A DNA stretch of 64,000 bases from Candidatus Eiseniibacteriota bacterium (GCA_963717505.1 OY970342.1:2848001-2912000), one strand, 5' to 3'; shown: positions 30,698 through 41,020, counted from the stretch's first letter. Numbers and translations: made by a program. Notes: generated by a model from the sequence alone, not told the origin.

Positions 30698-31212
30698 CGA
30701 ACCTCACCGACACGTTGTGCACGACCTGCGGCCTGTGCTGCGACGGGTCCTTGCTGGCCGACGTCGAGCTGAAGGGCCGGGCTGAAGCCACGAAGCTCGA
30801 GGTCATGGGGCTCGACATCGAAGACGACGGAGAAGGCCGCTGGCTGATGTCCTTGCCCTGTCGTGCGCTGCAGGGGACGCGTTGCGGAATTTACGCGCAC
30901 CGCCCCGGCTGCTGCCGAACCTTCGAGTGCCGCTTGCTGCAGGACGTGCGGCACGGTGCCGTCGGCGTAGACGAAGCCAAGAGTCACATCGCGGGAGCGC
31001 TTGGACGGATCGCGCGGGTCAAGGAACTGATCCTGCAGCTGGGGCAGCGCGACTCAGGCCTTCCCTTGAGGGAGCGCTGTGCTGAGGCGCTCGCCCGAGA
31101 AGCCGGCGCAACCCCCGAGATGATCCAAAAGCGCGCCGAACTGGATGCCGAGATGTCCGCCCTGGACAAAGTGATCCGGAGGACGTTCCTGGACGAACGG
31201 GAGCCCGGGTAG
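30694..31212 (+). CDS. YkgJ-family cysteine-cluster protein
   Basis: CTTCGLCCDG, PC..L...CGIY.HRP.CCR.F.C; GTGA overlap with the upstream stop. Confidence 0.88.
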   Translation: MTNLTDTLCTTCGLCCDGSLLADVELKGRAEATKLEVMGLDIEDDGEGRWLMSLPCRALQGTRCGIYAHRPGCCRTFECRLLQDVRHGAVGVDEAKSHIAGALGRIARVKELILQLGQRDSGLPLRERCAEALAREAGATPEMIQKRAELDAEMSALDKVIRRTFLDEREPG

Positions 31213-31263
31213 GAGTATCGGGCGAGATCGTTAGCCCCGTCCGCGCTGTTTCCGCGGTACGCC

Positions 31264-31467
31264 TCAGTCCGGAGCGTTTTCGTCCGTCCCGGGGTCCTGA
31301 TCCTCTAGCCCCGCGGTGAGTTCTTCATCATTGCCCTCGTCGGATGCGCCTTCCGACTTCCGGTTTTCGCGACGCGCTTGCTTGGCGGCACGTTTCGCCA
31401 GCGCTCGGGCGGCTCGTTGCTGTTCCTTCTGACGTTTTAGAAACGTTGGAGCACCTCTACCTGCCAT
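31264..31467 (-). CDS. Small protein with basic N-terminus and acidic C-terminus
   Basis: PTFLKRQKEQQR...; GAGG upstream. Confidence 0.65.
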   Translation of the reverse strand: MAGRGAPTFLKRQKEQQRAARALAKRAAKQARRENRKSEGASDEGNDEELTAGLEDQDPGTDENAPD

Positions 31468-31549
31468 CTGTTTGACCTCGCCGTTGGGGTGAATGAACTC
31501 ACAAAATACAGGACTCGCCGCGGAAATGCGATAGGGCGCGGGGAGGGGC

Positions 31550-31577
31550 TTGCATCCCTAGAACTGCTATGTATACT
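31550..31577 (+). promoter_or_regulatory. Sigma70 promoter of the PadR operon
   Basis: TTGCAT-16 nt-TATACT. Confidence 0.6.
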
Positions 31578-31618
31578 GGGACCGGTCATTGGGCAGCACC
31601 CCACGCGAGGACGACGCC

Positions 31619-31945
31619 ATGGCGCCATCGAAAGATCTCGTCGCTGCCTCCGCGATTCCCCTGATCCTCTCGATTCTGCAGCGCGGCGACAGCTACGGCT
31701 ATGCCATCATCCAGCACGTTCGGGAACTCTCGGGTGGCGAGATGGAATGGGCCGACGGCATGCTCTACCCGATTCTTCACCGCCTGGAAAGACGCAAGCT
31801 GGTGCGTTCGTACTGGGGCGAGGCCGGGAACGGCCGCAAACGAAAGTACTACCGGCTCCACCGTTCGGGCGTGGCGGAACTCTCGGCCCAACGAGCCCAC
31901 TGGGACCGACTCCACCGCATGCTGCTCCAACTCGAAGGAGGCTGA
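31619..31945 (+). CDS. PadR-family transcriptional regulator
   Basis: SYGYAII, GMLYPILHRLE, GRKRKYY. Confidence 0.95.
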   Translation: MAPSKDLVAASAIPLILSILQRGDSYGYAIIQHVRELSGGEMEWADGMLYPILHRLERRKLVRSYWGEAGNGRKRKYYRLHRSGVAELSAQRAHWDRLHRMLLQLEGG

Positions 31946-31948
31946 TCC

Positions 31949-32407
31949 ATGTTCGATCTGGAGAAAGAGGTCGCGGCCTGGGCGCGGTCGGTGCACGCCG
32001 ATCGCTGCCGGGGTGCCGCCAGCGTGGACGAGTTGATCGATCACCTGCACTGCGAGATCGACCATGCGCGGGCGAAAGGACTGTCGGACGAGCAGGCGTT
32101 CGCTGCGGCGGTCGCGAGACTCGGACGAGCCGGGGAGCTGGCGGCCGAACACGGGAAGAACCGCTCGTGGCTGGCGTGGGTCTGTGCGAACGAACGGGGG
32201 TTCGCGTCGAACAGAGGCCGCAGTCTGCTGCTTTCCCACGCAATCATTTGGGCCAGCCTGATGCTCGGGACGGCCCTGGTGATGTCGAAGCGGGACGACC
32301 CCGATACGTTCACGCTCCTGCTGATCCTCGTGATGCTCCCGCTCTGGGGGGCTTCCGATCAGATCCTGCGCCGGGCGCTCAGAAGTCAGGGGCGTGGCGA
32401 ACGATGA
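31949..32407 (+). CDS. Membrane protein with permease-prefix/HAAS-like domain (PadR partner)
   Basis: FDLE..VA.W, DEL.DHL..EI...GLS.EQAF..AV.RLG, then 2 TM; AAGGAGG SD. Confidence 0.8.
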   Translation: MFDLEKEVAAWARSVHADRCRGAASVDELIDHLHCEIDHARAKGLSDEQAFAAAVARLGRAGELAAEHGKNRSWLAWVCANERGFASNRGRSLLLSHAIIWASLMLGTALVMSKRDDPDTFTLLLILVMLPLWGASDQILRRALRSQGRGER

Positions 32408-32745
32408 TCGCGCGCCTGATGGGACTACGCACGATCTCGCCCGAGGATCTGCACAAGCTGATCCAGCAGGCTGGAGTCATGGCGATCGACGTCAACTCGC
32501 CCATCAGCTGGCGCGAGGCTCACGTTCCGGGTGCGGTAAACCTCGACCCGGAGGCCTACGCGGCGACCGATCTGCCGCAGGACAAGGCGGCCCGGCTCGT
32601 CTTCTATTGCTCCAATCCTCTGTGTCGGAAGGCCCCGAACGCAGCGCTGCGCGCCCGCAAGTTCGGGTACGAGAACGTGAGCGTGATGTCGGCGGGGATC
32701 AAAGGGTGGATGAGCGCGCGGCTGCCGACCGAGTCGGGCGCCTGA
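32404..32745 (+). CDS. Rhodanese-like protein
   Basis: IDVN, HVPGA, VFYCSNPLC and GIKGW motifs; ATGA overlap. Confidence 0.9.
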   Translation: MIARLMGLRTISPEDLHKLIQQAGVMAIDVNSPISWREAHVPGAVNLDPEAYAATDLPQDKAARLVFYCSNPLCRKAPNAALRARKFGYENVSVMSAGIKGWMSARLPTESGA

Positions 32746-32801
32746 AGCTCGGTGCGCTCGCTCGAAAAGACTCGCCCTTTGCCGGAGCTGCCCGCTCAGT
32801 G

Positions 32802-33302
32802 ATGGCACCGGACTCGGTGGTCCGCATCCGACCCGCCGCGGAGTCCGACGAGGCCGTGCTCGGTCGTCTCGGCGCCGCGCTCATGCGTCAGCATCACGCC
32901 ACCGATCCGCGTCGTTTCATTCTGGTGTCGCGGCCGGAGGCCGGGTACGGGCGATTCCTGGTCTCGGTGCTGGACAACCCCGACTACCTGGTGCAGGTCG
33001 CTGAGCGTGGGGATCAGGTGGTGGGGTATGTTTTCGCGGGCATCGAGTCGACGAGCTGGAGGGATCTGCGCGGCCCGTGCGGGTTCATCCACGATGTCTA
33101 CGTCGACGAGAGCGTGCGGCGGCTCGGCACCGGGCAAGAGCTGCTGCGCGCGGCGATGGTCTGGATCCGTTCGAGGGGTATGTCGCAAGTCGTGCTGTGG
33201 ACCATGCCCGCCAACCAGGCCGCGCGGCGCCTGTTTGCGAAGATGGGATTCCGGGACACGATGATCGAGATGACGCACGACGAGGATTCTGCCCAAACCT
33301 GA
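32802..33302 (+). CDS. GNAT-family N-acetyltransferase
   Basis: IHDVYVDESVRRLGTG and N.AA.RLF.KMGF motifs. Confidence 0.9.
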   Translation: MAPDSVVRIRPAAESDEAVLGRLGAALMRQHHATDPRRFILVSRPEAGYGRFLVSVLDNPDYLVQVAERGDQVVGYVFAGIESTSWRDLRGPCGFIHDVYVDESVRRLGTGQELLRAAMVWIRSRGMSQVVLWTMPANQAARRLFAKMGFRDTMIEMTHDEDSAQT

Positions 33303-33330
33303 GTCCGAGGGTGGCGCCGGAGGGTTCGCC

Positions 33331-33942
33331 ATGCACGAGTCGGCATCGGGACTGCTCCCGACGTGGGAGGTCTTCTACCTGATCGTCGGGACGACCGCGG
33401 GAGCCCTCATCGGGCTCCAGTTCGTGGTGATGACGCTGATCGCGGACGCCGGACTCTTGCGCGGCCGGGGTGAGTCGATCTCGGCCTTCGGTACGCCGAA
33501 CGTCGTGCACTTTTGCGCGGCCCTGTTGGTGACCGTGATCGTCTCGATCCCCTGGGGTGTCCTCCCACCGGCGGGAATCGGCGTGGCAATGAGTGGCCTG
33601 ATTGGAGTGGTCTACTCGGCAGTCGTCACGCGGCGGGCGCTCCGACAGACCGGATATCAGCCCGTGCTCGAGGACTGGGTTTGGCACAGCGCCCTGCCTG
33701 CGCTCGCGTACGCCACGATGCTCGTTGCCGGGGCGTTCCTCATCAGGCGAAACCCAGGTGCGCTGTTCTTCATCGGCCCGGCCACGCTGTTGCTCGTGTT
33801 CGTCGGTATCCACAACGCCTGGGACACCGTGGAGTACCTGATCCTTCAGCGGGCGAAGAAGGAGCGAGAAGTGCCGGTCGGCCCAACGCACCCGAGCCCC
33901 GACGTGGGCGAGCAGTCTGACGCTGGAAACCGACTCGAATAG
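33331..33942 (+). CDS. Hypothetical membrane protein
   Basis: W..FY.IVG..AGALIGLQFV, FGTP.VVHF, EDW.WH and IHNAWD motifs; GGAGG SD. Confidence 0.8.
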   Translation: MHESASGLLPTWEVFYLIVGTTAGALIGLQFVVMTLIADAGLLRGRGESISAFGTPNVVHFCAALLVTVIVSIPWGVLPPAGIGVAMSGLIGVVYSAVVTRRALRQTGYQPVLEDWVWHSALPALAYATMLVAGAFLIRRNPGALFFIGPATLLLVFVGIHNAWDTVEYLILQRAKKEREVPVGPTHPSPDVGEQSDAGNRLE

Positions 33943-33991
33943 CGGATGGCGATGAGAGTCCCCGAGCCGAAAGGTGCCTGTCGACTTAGCT

Positions 33992-34022
33992 TTGACAAAA
34001 CCGGCTCTTAGTCTAGTCTAAG
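33992..34022 (+). promoter_or_regulatory. Promoter with an overlapping DtxR/MntR-type operator
   Basis: TTGACA (33992) and TAGTCT (34014); near-palindrome CTTAGTCTAGTCTAAG at 34007-34022 (TTAG-N6-CTAA). Confidence 0.75.
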
Positions 34023-34026
34023 CGCC

Positions 34027-34707
34027 ATGAGTCGGCTCTCGCGATCCCGTCAGGACTACCTCAAGGCGCTTTACGCCCTCGCCCAGGGGGGTGAGGTGGT
34101 GCCCACCTCGCGTCTGGCCACCCAGCTCGGTGTCTCCGCGCCCTCGGTAACCGCCATGCTCGGTCGGCTGACCGCAGAGCGACTGGTCTCGTACGCGCCA
34201 CGGGCGGGGGCACGCCTGACCGCCCGCGGGCGACGCGAGGCGCTCGAGATGGTCCGGCGCCACCGCATTCTCGAGGCGTTCCTGGTGCGCGTACTCGGCC
34301 TCGACTGGTCGGAAGTGCACGAGGACGCCGAGGTGCTCGAGCACCACGTCAGCGACCGCGTGCTCGAGGCGATCGACCGGCTCGCCGGTCATCCGCACGA
34401 GGACCCGCACGGGCACCCAATCCCCGACGCGCGCGGTCGCGTGGCACGCCGCTCCCTCGTACCTCTCGCCAATCTGCCGCGCGGCGCCCGCGCGACCGTG
34501 CGCGAGATCCGCGATGAGGACGTTCGCCGCATGGTGCGCTGGAAAGAGGTCGGGCTCGTCCCGGGCGCGGAGGTCCGGGTACGCGACGTTCGTCCGCTGG
34601 ACGACGTGTTCGAGCTGGATGTAGCCGGCCGCCGGTTCGTCACCGGAAGCCAGGCGCTGGAGGGCGTGCTGGTTCAGATCCGGAAGGGGGAGAGTCATGG
34701 AGCGTGA
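34027..34707 (+). CDS. mntR: DtxR/MntR-family metal-dependent repressor with FeoA domain
   Basis: QDYLKALY, LGVSAPSVT, RRHRILE, VHEDAEVLEH, DPHGHPIP, GLVPG. Confidence 0.9.
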   Translation: MSRLSRSRQDYLKALYALAQGGEVVPTSRLATQLGVSAPSVTAMLGRLTAERLVSYAPRAGARLTARGRREALEMVRRHRILEAFLVRVLGLDWSEVHEDAEVLEHHVSDRVLEAIDRLAGHPHEDPHGHPIPDARGRVARRSLVPLANLPRGARATVREIRDEDVRRMVRWKEVGLVPGAEVRVRDVRPLDDVFELDVAGRRFVTGSQALEGVLVQIRKGESHGA

Positions 34708-36694
34708 GACCGAAACGCGATCCCTCGCCGAAGTCCACCGGACCGTCCCGATCCCCGTGGTCGGGTCGTGGATTCGGCGTCTATTCGCGTTCGCGGGTCC
34801 GGCTTATCTCGTAAGCGTCGGCTACATGGACCCGGGCAACTGGGCCACGGATCTCGCTGGCGGTGCTCGCTTTGGCTACCAGCTGGTCTGGGTGCTCCTG
34901 ATGAGCAACCTGATGGCCGTGCTGCTCCAGACGCTGGCGGCCCGACTGGGTGTGGTGACCGGCAAGGACCTCGCCCAAGCCTGCCGGGATTTCTATCCAC
35001 GCCCGCTGGTCTTTCCGCTCTGGATCTTGTGCGAGTTGGCGATCGTCGCGTGTGATCTCGCCGAAGTCCTGGGCGCGGCGATCGGGCTCAAGCTGCTGTT
35101 CGGCGTCCCTTTGTTGTGGGGCGTGATGATCACCGCACTCGATGTGCTGCTGTTGCTCGCCCTGTCGCGGTTGGGCATGCGCCGGATGGAAGCGTTCATC
35201 CTGACCCTGGTGGTGACGATCGGCGTCTGCTTCGGCATCGAGATGATCATGGCGCGCCCGGACCTCGCGGCGATCTTCAGCCACCTGATTCCGCGCGGTC
35301 CCGACGGGGCTGTGAGTCTGTTCCGCTCGACGCCGGGCGGAGGATTCTCGGTACTTGGGTTGGACAAGGAATCCCTCTACATCGCGATGGGCATCCTCGG
35401 CGCCACGGTCATGCCCCACAACCTCTACCTGCACAGCTCGCTGGTTCAGAGCCGTGCGGTCGCCGATTCACGCGCAGGCAAGTTGCAGGCAGTGCGCATG
35501 AACCTCGTAGACTCGGTGGTCGCACTGAACCTCGCCCTGTTCGTGAACGCCGCCATCCTGATCCTGGCCGCCGCCGTGTTCCACACCAGCGGCCACCAGG
35601 ACGTGGCGCAGCTCGAGGACGCGCATCGGCTGCTCGCGCCACTGCTCGGAACCAGCATCGCTGCGACGCTGTTCGCCGTGGCGCTGCTGTGCTCGGGCCA
35701 GGCGAGCACGATCACCGGGACCTTGGCGGGACAGATCGTGATGGAAGGCTTTCTGCGCATTCGCATTCAACCTTGGCAGCGACGACTGATCAGCCGCGGG
35801 CTCGCCATCATCCCAGCGGTGGTGTTCATCGGTATCAAGGGAGCCAATGCCGTCGACGATCTGCTGGTTTTGTCGCAGGTCGTGCTCAGCCTTCAGCTCG
35901 CCTTCGCGGTCGTTCCGCTGGTCACGTTCACCAGCGATCGCCGCCGCATGGGCGAGTTCGTGAATCCGCCGTGGGTGATCGGATTGTCCATTCTGGTCAC
36001 GGTGATCATCGTCGGGCTCAACGCCAACCTGGTCGTACAGACGTTCGGCGATTGGGTGCGAGCGCCGGGCAGCGTCTTCCTCAAAGCACTTGCCTTCGCC
36101 GGCGTCGCGGGCGCCGCGTTGCTGCTGGCCTACGTGGCGATCGCTCCGATACTGCAAAGGGTCATTCCCGGGCTCGTGCGTCATGCTCTGGAGCCGCCGC
36201 CCGTCCCGCAAACGGCTGGCGTCGGGCCCCCGGCCCGAGCGATCTCGGAGACCGGCCCGCGGGTCGTGGCCCTGGCACTCGAGCTTGGCGCCGCAGACCG
36301 TGCCGTGCTCGATCAGGTGCTGGCGATGCCGCTGCCACGCGAGGTTGACGTGGTCCTGCTCCACGTGGCCGAGAGTGCGGCGAGCCGCTACCTAGGTCCG
36401 GAAACTCAGGACCAGGAATCACGCGAGGATCAAGCGGCGCTCGACGGGATCGCAGGATCATTGCGCGCCGCGGGTCTGGGCACACGCGTCATGCTGGGCC
36501 ACGGCGACGTGAAGACCGAGCTGGCGCGGATGGTGGATGAGGCCAAAGCCAACTTGCTGATCACCGGCTCGCACGGGCACCGGTTCCTCGGGGACTTGTT
36601 CTACGGCGCGACCACCTCCGGGCTGCGTCACCTCGTGCGTTGCCCGGTACTGGTCGTCCGTTCCGATCCACGGTCGCGCAGCACGGGACGCTGA
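34697..36694 (+). CDS. mntH: Nramp Mn2+/Fe2+ transporter with C-terminal USP domain
   Basis: YMDPGN, MPHNLYLHS, GTLAGQIVMEGF; USP-type GSHGH..GAT...CPVLVV. Confidence 0.95.
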   Translation: MERETETRSLAEVHRTVPIPVVGSWIRRLFAFAGPAYLVSVGYMDPGNWATDLAGGARFGYQLVWVLLMSNLMAVLLQTLAARLGVVTGKDLAQACRDFYPRPLVFPLWILCELAIVACDLAEVLGAAIGLKLLFGVPLLWGVMITALDVLLLLALSRLGMRRMEAFILTLVVTIGVCFGIEMIMARPDLAAIFSHLIPRGPDGAVSLFRSTPGGGFSVLGLDKESLYIAMGILGATVMPHNLYLHSSLVQSRAVADSRAGKLQAVRMNLVDSVVALNLALFVNAAILILAAAVFHTSGHQDVAQLEDAHRLLAPLLGTSIAATLFAVALLCSGQASTITGTLAGQIVMEGFLRIRIQPWQRRLISRGLAIIPAVVFIGIKGANAVDDLLVLSQVVLSLQLAFAVVPLVTFTSDRRRMGEFVNPPWVIGLSILVTVIIVGLNANLVVQTFGDWVRAPGSVFLKALAFAGVAGAALLLAYVAIAPILQRVIPGLVRHALEPPPVPQTAGVGPPARAISETGPRVVALALELGAADRAVLDQVLAMPLPREVDVVLLHVAESAASRYLGPETQDQESREDQAALDGIAGSLRAAGLGTRVMLGHGDVKTELARMVDEAKANLLITGSHGHRFLGDLFYGATTSGLRHLVRCPVLVVRSDPRSRSTGR

Positions 36695-36707
36695 ACGGCG
36701 CACCGTC

Positions 36708-38246
36708 CTAGCCGGGCTTCGGTTGAAGCTCCTTCTCCAACGCCAGTTTGTAGGCCACGTAGTACTTGAAGATGTTGCTCACGTACTGGACCGTCTCCCG
36801 GCCGATCTCCTTCGCGGCCAGGACCTCGACGTTGTTGAACCAAACGTTGGGATCGAGCCCCTGGGCCGCCGCCCGGCGTCTCATCCGGGCGATGCGGTTC
36901 GGCCCGGCATTGTAGCTGGCGAAGGCGAACAGATGGCGATCGAGCACGCTCATCGTGGGTGCGTCGGCGAGGTAGTTGTCGCGAATGAAGCGCATGTACT
37001 TGACGCCGGCATGGATGTTGTTCTCGAGCTTCGTGACGTCGCGGATATTGATGCTCCGATCGGCCGCGGTGCTGGGTAGCACCTGCATCACGCCGACCGC
37101 CCCCGCCGGGCTCACCAGCTTCTGGTCGATCTTGGATTCCTGGTAGGCCTGCGCCGCAATCATCAGCCAGTCGAATTCGTATTGAGTGGCGTAGCGCTTG
37201 AAGATCTCGGCCGTGCCGGCGAACCGTCGGCGCTCCGCGCCGCGCGTCGGGTTCCGTGCCCACTTGTTCGTCTTGAGGTATCGCTTGAACAGCTCGTTGC
37301 CCAGGTATTGGCCAGGCCCGTGCTTGCGGATGAAGGCGTTGACCTGCTTTTCGAACGCGGGACTGTTCGCGCGGAAGGCCCAGCCAATCTCGGCGCCGGT
37401 GCGCACCGCAAGTTCAGGGTGGACGCGCAGGCTGTCGAACACGTCCGCCCAGAAGTTCGCCAGATGGTCGTCGGCGATCGTGATGTCGATGAGTTCGGCG
37501 GCGGTCATCTCGAGCAGGTCCTCGGTCTCGAGGTGCTCGTCGGCACGACGGATCACGACCGTGTCGCGTCCCTCGCGGCGGAAGCGCTGGTTGAGCGCCA
37601 ACAGGCTCTCGAAGTAGCTGCTGGCGGGCCGCACCCAGACCTCACGGCCGGCGAGGTCCTCGAGCGACGACAGAACCGGGCCCGAGGCGTGAGTCACCAC
37701 CACCTCGGAGACGTTGGTGGCGACCGGCAGGGAGAACGCCACCTGTTTCGCACGCTCGGGAGTGATCGTCAGGTTCCCCACGGCGAGGTCGCCATGTCCC
37801 GAGACCAGCATCGGCAGGAGCCGGTCACGGGTAACGGGAATGTGGATCACGTGCACCTTGAGGTGCCGGGTCTTGAGGGCCGCGTTCAACCCATTCTCGA
37901 ACTCGACGAGCGCCTCATACGAGAGTCCGCGGGGGCGGAGGCCGTCGAAGAAGTACTGAGTCCGGTTGTAGACCACGAGAGCGCGAATGACCCGTCGTTT
38001 GACCATGCCATCGAAGTCGCCGGTCCACGGCTCGGCAGCGCCAGCCAACAGCTCGGCAGGCAAGGGCTCCTCGACGTGCAAGAGGCTGGAGTCTGCGGGT
38101 ACCGAAGTGGTCGTATCCCGCGAGCTCGCGTCGGACGGCTCCTTGGCGGGCGCACAGCCGAGGATGATCTGCGCTACGGCGAGCCAGAAGAGCCCAACAC
38201 ACCAGAGTGCTAGTCGGCACCGCATTGCTGGAGGTCGCCAAGTCAT
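36708..38246 (-). CDS. mltF: MltF-like lytic transglycosylase (SBP plus SLT domains)
   Basis: GNLTITPER SBP domain; AYQES, GAVGVMQV, ASYNAGP, ETVQYV. Confidence 0.88.
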   Translation of the reverse strand: MTWRPPAMRCRLALWCVGLFWLAVAQIILGCAPAKEPSDASSRDTTTSVPADSSLLHVEEPLPAELLAGAAEPWTGDFDGMVKRRVIRALVVYNRTQYFFDGLRPRGLSYEALVEFENGLNAALKTRHLKVHVIHIPVTRDRLLPMLVSGHGDLAVGNLTITPERAKQVAFSLPVATNVSEVVVTHASGPVLSSLEDLAGREVWVRPASSYFESLLALNQRFRREGRDTVVIRRADEHLETEDLLEMTAAELIDITIADDHLANFWADVFDSLRVHPELAVRTGAEIGWAFRANSPAFEKQVNAFIRKHGPGQYLGNELFKRYLKTNKWARNPTRGAERRRFAGTAEIFKRYATQYEFDWLMIAAQAYQESKIDQKLVSPAGAVGVMQVLPSTAADRSINIRDVTKLENNIHAGVKYMRFIRDNYLADAPTMSVLDRHLFAFASYNAGPNRIARMRRRAAAQGLDPNVWFNNVEVLAAKEIGRETVQYVSNIFKYYVAYKLALEKELQPKPG

Positions 38247-38295
38247 GGGCGGGCACGCTAGCAGGCCTGTTCCCAGTCACGCAATGCCCAGCGAG

Positions 38296-38736
38296 TTACT
38301 GTCCCGGCTTGGCTCCCGCGGTCTTCGTCGTCGTCGTGCCGATGCCCACGCCCCTGAATCCCGCGGTCCGCACCGCGTCCAGCAGCCGCACCACCTGGCC
38401 GTGGGCCACGCCGGCCTCGGCCTGGATCAGGGCCTGCGCGCCCGGGCGTTGCTCGCGCAGCGTGCGCAGCGCCGCGGGGAGCGCATCGAACGTCGTGGGG
38501 GTGCCGTCGAGCATCAGCGTTCCCTGTTCGGTCAGCACCAGGTCCACCCCCTCGGTGGCCGCGCCGACTCCGGCGGGAGGGGCGGTGCTGGACTCGGGAA
38601 GGTTCAGTTCGAGTTCTCCCGCACGCTTGAACGTGCTGGTCAGCATGAAGAAGATGAGGAGCAGGAAGAGCACGTCGATGAGCGAGGTCACGTTCAGGTC
38701 GACGCCCCGATTGCGCTTCCGTTCCCGGAACACCAT
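38296..38736 (-). CDS. exbD: ExbD/TolR-family protein
   Basis: LNVTSLIDVLFLLLIFFM motif. Confidence 0.9.
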   Translation of the reverse strand: MVFRERKRNRGVDLNVTSLIDVLFLLLIFFMLTSTFKRAGELELNLPESSTAPPAGVGAATEGVDLVLTEQGTLMLDGTPTTFDALPAALRTLREQRPGAQALIQAEAGVAHGQVVRLLDAVRTAGFRGVGIGTTTTKTAGAKPGQ

Positions 38737-38741
38737 GCGGC

Positions 38742-39362
38742 TCACCTCGCACGCTCCGTGGCCCGGGGCCGCAGTCGCGCCACGAGGCGGCTCGCGTAGG
38801 CCTCGATCTCGAGGATGTAGCGCTCCGACCGCGCGGCCAGGTAGTTGTAGGCGAACAGCGCGGGGATGCCGATGCAAAGTCCTTCGGCGGTCGTGAACAT
38901 CGCCTCGCTGATGCCCTCGGACAGCGTATTCGCGTCGCCGAGACCGACGAGCGATGTGCCGGCGAACATCTTGATCATGCCGAACACGGTGCCGAGCAGC
39001 CCGAGCAGGGGGGCGGCCTGGGCCACGGTCTGCAGCCAGTAGAGGTTGCGCTCGAGCGCGGGAGTTTCCTGGCGGCCCGCGTCGAGGACGGCGTCGCGCA
39101 TCTCCTCCCACGGGCGCTCCGCGTTCTCGAGCGCCGTGCGCAGGATGTCGGCGAGTACGCTGGGATTCCGCCGACACATGTCGATCGCCACGCTCAGGTC
39201 CTTGCCGGGCTGGACCGACTCGACCACGTCCACGATGTGCCGTGGCATGACGCGGCTGCGGCGAAGCGCGATGAGCCGCTCGATCATCACCACCGTCCCG
39301 ATCAGGCTGCAGAGCGCGAGCGCGTAGAAGAGCGGTCCGGACTTCGTGATCAACTCGAACAT
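38742..39362 (-). CDS. exbB: MotA/TolQ/ExbB proton channel
   Basis: APLLGLLGTVFGMI and GISEAMFTTAEGL; AGGAG SD. Confidence 0.92.
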   Translation of the reverse strand: MFELITKSGPLFYALALCSLIGTVVMIERLIALRRSRVMPRHIVDVVESVQPGKDLSVAIDMCRRNPSVLADILRTALENAERPWEEMRDAVLDAGRQETPALERNLYWLQTVAQAAPLLGLLGTVFGMIKMFAGTSLVGLGDANTLSEGISEAMFTTAEGLCIGIPALFAYNYLAARSERYILEIEAYASRLVARLRPRATERAR

Positions 39363-39430
39363 GTCGGTGGTGTTCTCCTAGGGTGGATGAATGCGTCCCT
39401 TGCGCGCGGCCGGCGCGGGTGAGGGTCAGG

Positions 39431-40441
39431 TCAGCGGGGTCGGAACTTCGGGTAGACCAGGCGGACGCGCAGGATGAGGGTTTCCTCCGGAAAGTCGGCG
39501 GGCAGCGCCTCCGTGGGGGTGCTGGACCGCAGTGCACTGGTTGCGGCACGGATTAGCGACTCGTGCCCCTGTTCTTCGATTACGTCCATGCGCAACACCT
39601 CGCCCGAGCGCGCGATCTCCATTTCGACCACGGTCCAGCCGCCTTCCTTGATCAGGCCCAGGTAGTACGCGGGCGGCGCTATCCAGGCGCGCATGAGCCT
39701 CCGGCCGAAACGCTGCAACCACGGGGCCCATTCCCACGCGGTCGTGCTCAGGCTCACGTCACCGGTCAGCTCCGCGTTGCCCTCTGGGTGGTCCATCTCC
39801 GGCTGGCGCGTGTCCGAGTTGCCGGGCTCGGTGGACTCGTTCGGGAAACTCTCGCCCGACACCCTGACGTCGCGCGGGACTGGCGTCGTGGCTTCGCTTG
39901 CGGCGCTCGGGGGCCCGGTGGGCGAGTCCTTTCCGTCTGCGCCCGGCGGCTGCCGGGCTTCCTGTTCCGTCGGCGTGCTCGCGGGCTTCGGTTCCACCCG
40001 GCCGCTTTCCAGTCCCACGGCGGGCGCGTCGGCCACGCCGCTCATGCGCGGCAGGGACTCGTTACCGCCGGGGACCTGGTCTCGAGCGCGGCTCGTGACA
40101 TTGCTCAGGAAATCCGCGTGCTCGGGTGCCTGATCCTCGCGGTCCGCGGGCAACTCGGTGAAGTACGTGGGCTCCTTGGGTTCGGTATTGGCGGGAGGTG
40201 GCTCGACGAAAGTGAGCTGGATCGGCTCGGGTCGGGTCTCCCGCGGCGGGGAAGGCACCCACTCGCGACCGACCTGCATGCCGATCATCGCGATCGCGTG
40301 CAGCGCCAGCGTCAACGACCATGCGATCACCCACGTGCGGCGGTTCGGGTCGTGCCGGAGTGAAGGGGCGCTCACGTCAGTGAGCAGGCGAGGTGATGGA
40401 TGCACGTCCGCAGGATATCGCGCCGGCGACCGGGGCCGCAC
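39431..40441 (-). CDS. TonB/TolA-like energy transducer
   Basis: TM segment SLTLALH, Pro-rich linker, TonB_C/TolA-like C-terminus (W..P..., I.RSG.V); upstream of exbBD; true start probably further downstream. Confidence 0.75.
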   Translation of the reverse strand: MRPRSPARYPADVHPSPRLLTDVSAPSLRHDPNRRTWVIAWSLTLALHAIAMIGMQVGREWVPSPPRETRPEPIQLTFVEPPPANTEPKEPTYFTELPADREDQAPEHADFLSNVTSRARDQVPGGNESLPRMSGVADAPAVGLESGRVEPKPASTPTEQEARQPPGADGKDSPTGPPSAASEATTPVPRDVRVSGESFPNESTEPGNSDTRQPEMDHPEGNAELTGDVSLSTTAWEWAPWLQRFGRRLMRAWIAPPAYYLGLIKEGGWTVVEMEIARSGEVLRMDVIEEQGHESLIRAATSALRSSTPTEALPADFPEETLILRVRLVYPKFRPR

Positions 40442-40459
40442 CCACCCGGGCCGGACTGG

Positions 40460-41017
40460 TTATTGCCGCCGGGGCCCTGCTTGAACACTCGCCTCATCTT
40501 CGGCAGTCGGGCCCCGGGTCGCACGGTCGATCTGTCGAATGGCGCCCAGGTGGTAAGCGAGGTGCGCGACACTGCCCGCCATCCAACCGGCCTCGACTTC
40601 GCTCACCTCACGTGGCGAGCGGAGGATTTCCGTCCACACATCGGCTTCACGACGGAGTTCGTCGCGTAGCTGTTGCCACTCGGCCTCCGATACGACGGTC
40701 TTCCGCCAACTGGCCGTCCAGTCCATGTCGGGCCAGGGCGGCGGCGTCCCGGTCGCCCACCGGTTGAGCAGCGAGAGCCCGTAGCGGAGGTGATCGACGT
40801 GCGCCGCGATCGACGGGCCGCCGTGCGTCGCCGAGGCCGAGGCGGCGGAAAGCCGGTCGAGCGACGCGAGCAGGCCCGGGTCTCCCTGGTTCAGTACGTA
40901 CGTGCGAGCGCTCGGATCAGGGGAGCCGTGGATGAGCTCGCCGAAAAGCGTGCGCAGCAGGGTAGCGAAGGGTCCTGTATTCATGGCCAAAGGCGAGGTG
41001 CCGGTGGACGGTTCCAC
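40460..41017 (-). CDS. DinB-family protein
   Basis: SIAAHVDHL and AHLAYHLGAIRQ. Confidence 0.85.
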   Translation of the reverse strand: MEPSTGTSPLAMNTGPFATLLRTLFGELIHGSPDPSARTYVLNQGDPGLLASLDRLSAASASATHGGPSIAAHVDHLRYGLSLLNRWATGTPPPWPDMDWTASWRKTVVSEAEWQQLRDELRREADVWTEILRSPREVSEVEAGWMAGSVAHLAYHLGAIRQIDRATRGPTAEDEASVQAGPRRQ

Positions 41018-41020
41018 TGC

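Noticed and set aside
34697-36694. MntH-USP fusion as a novelty
   Set aside because: A known, fairly common architecture.
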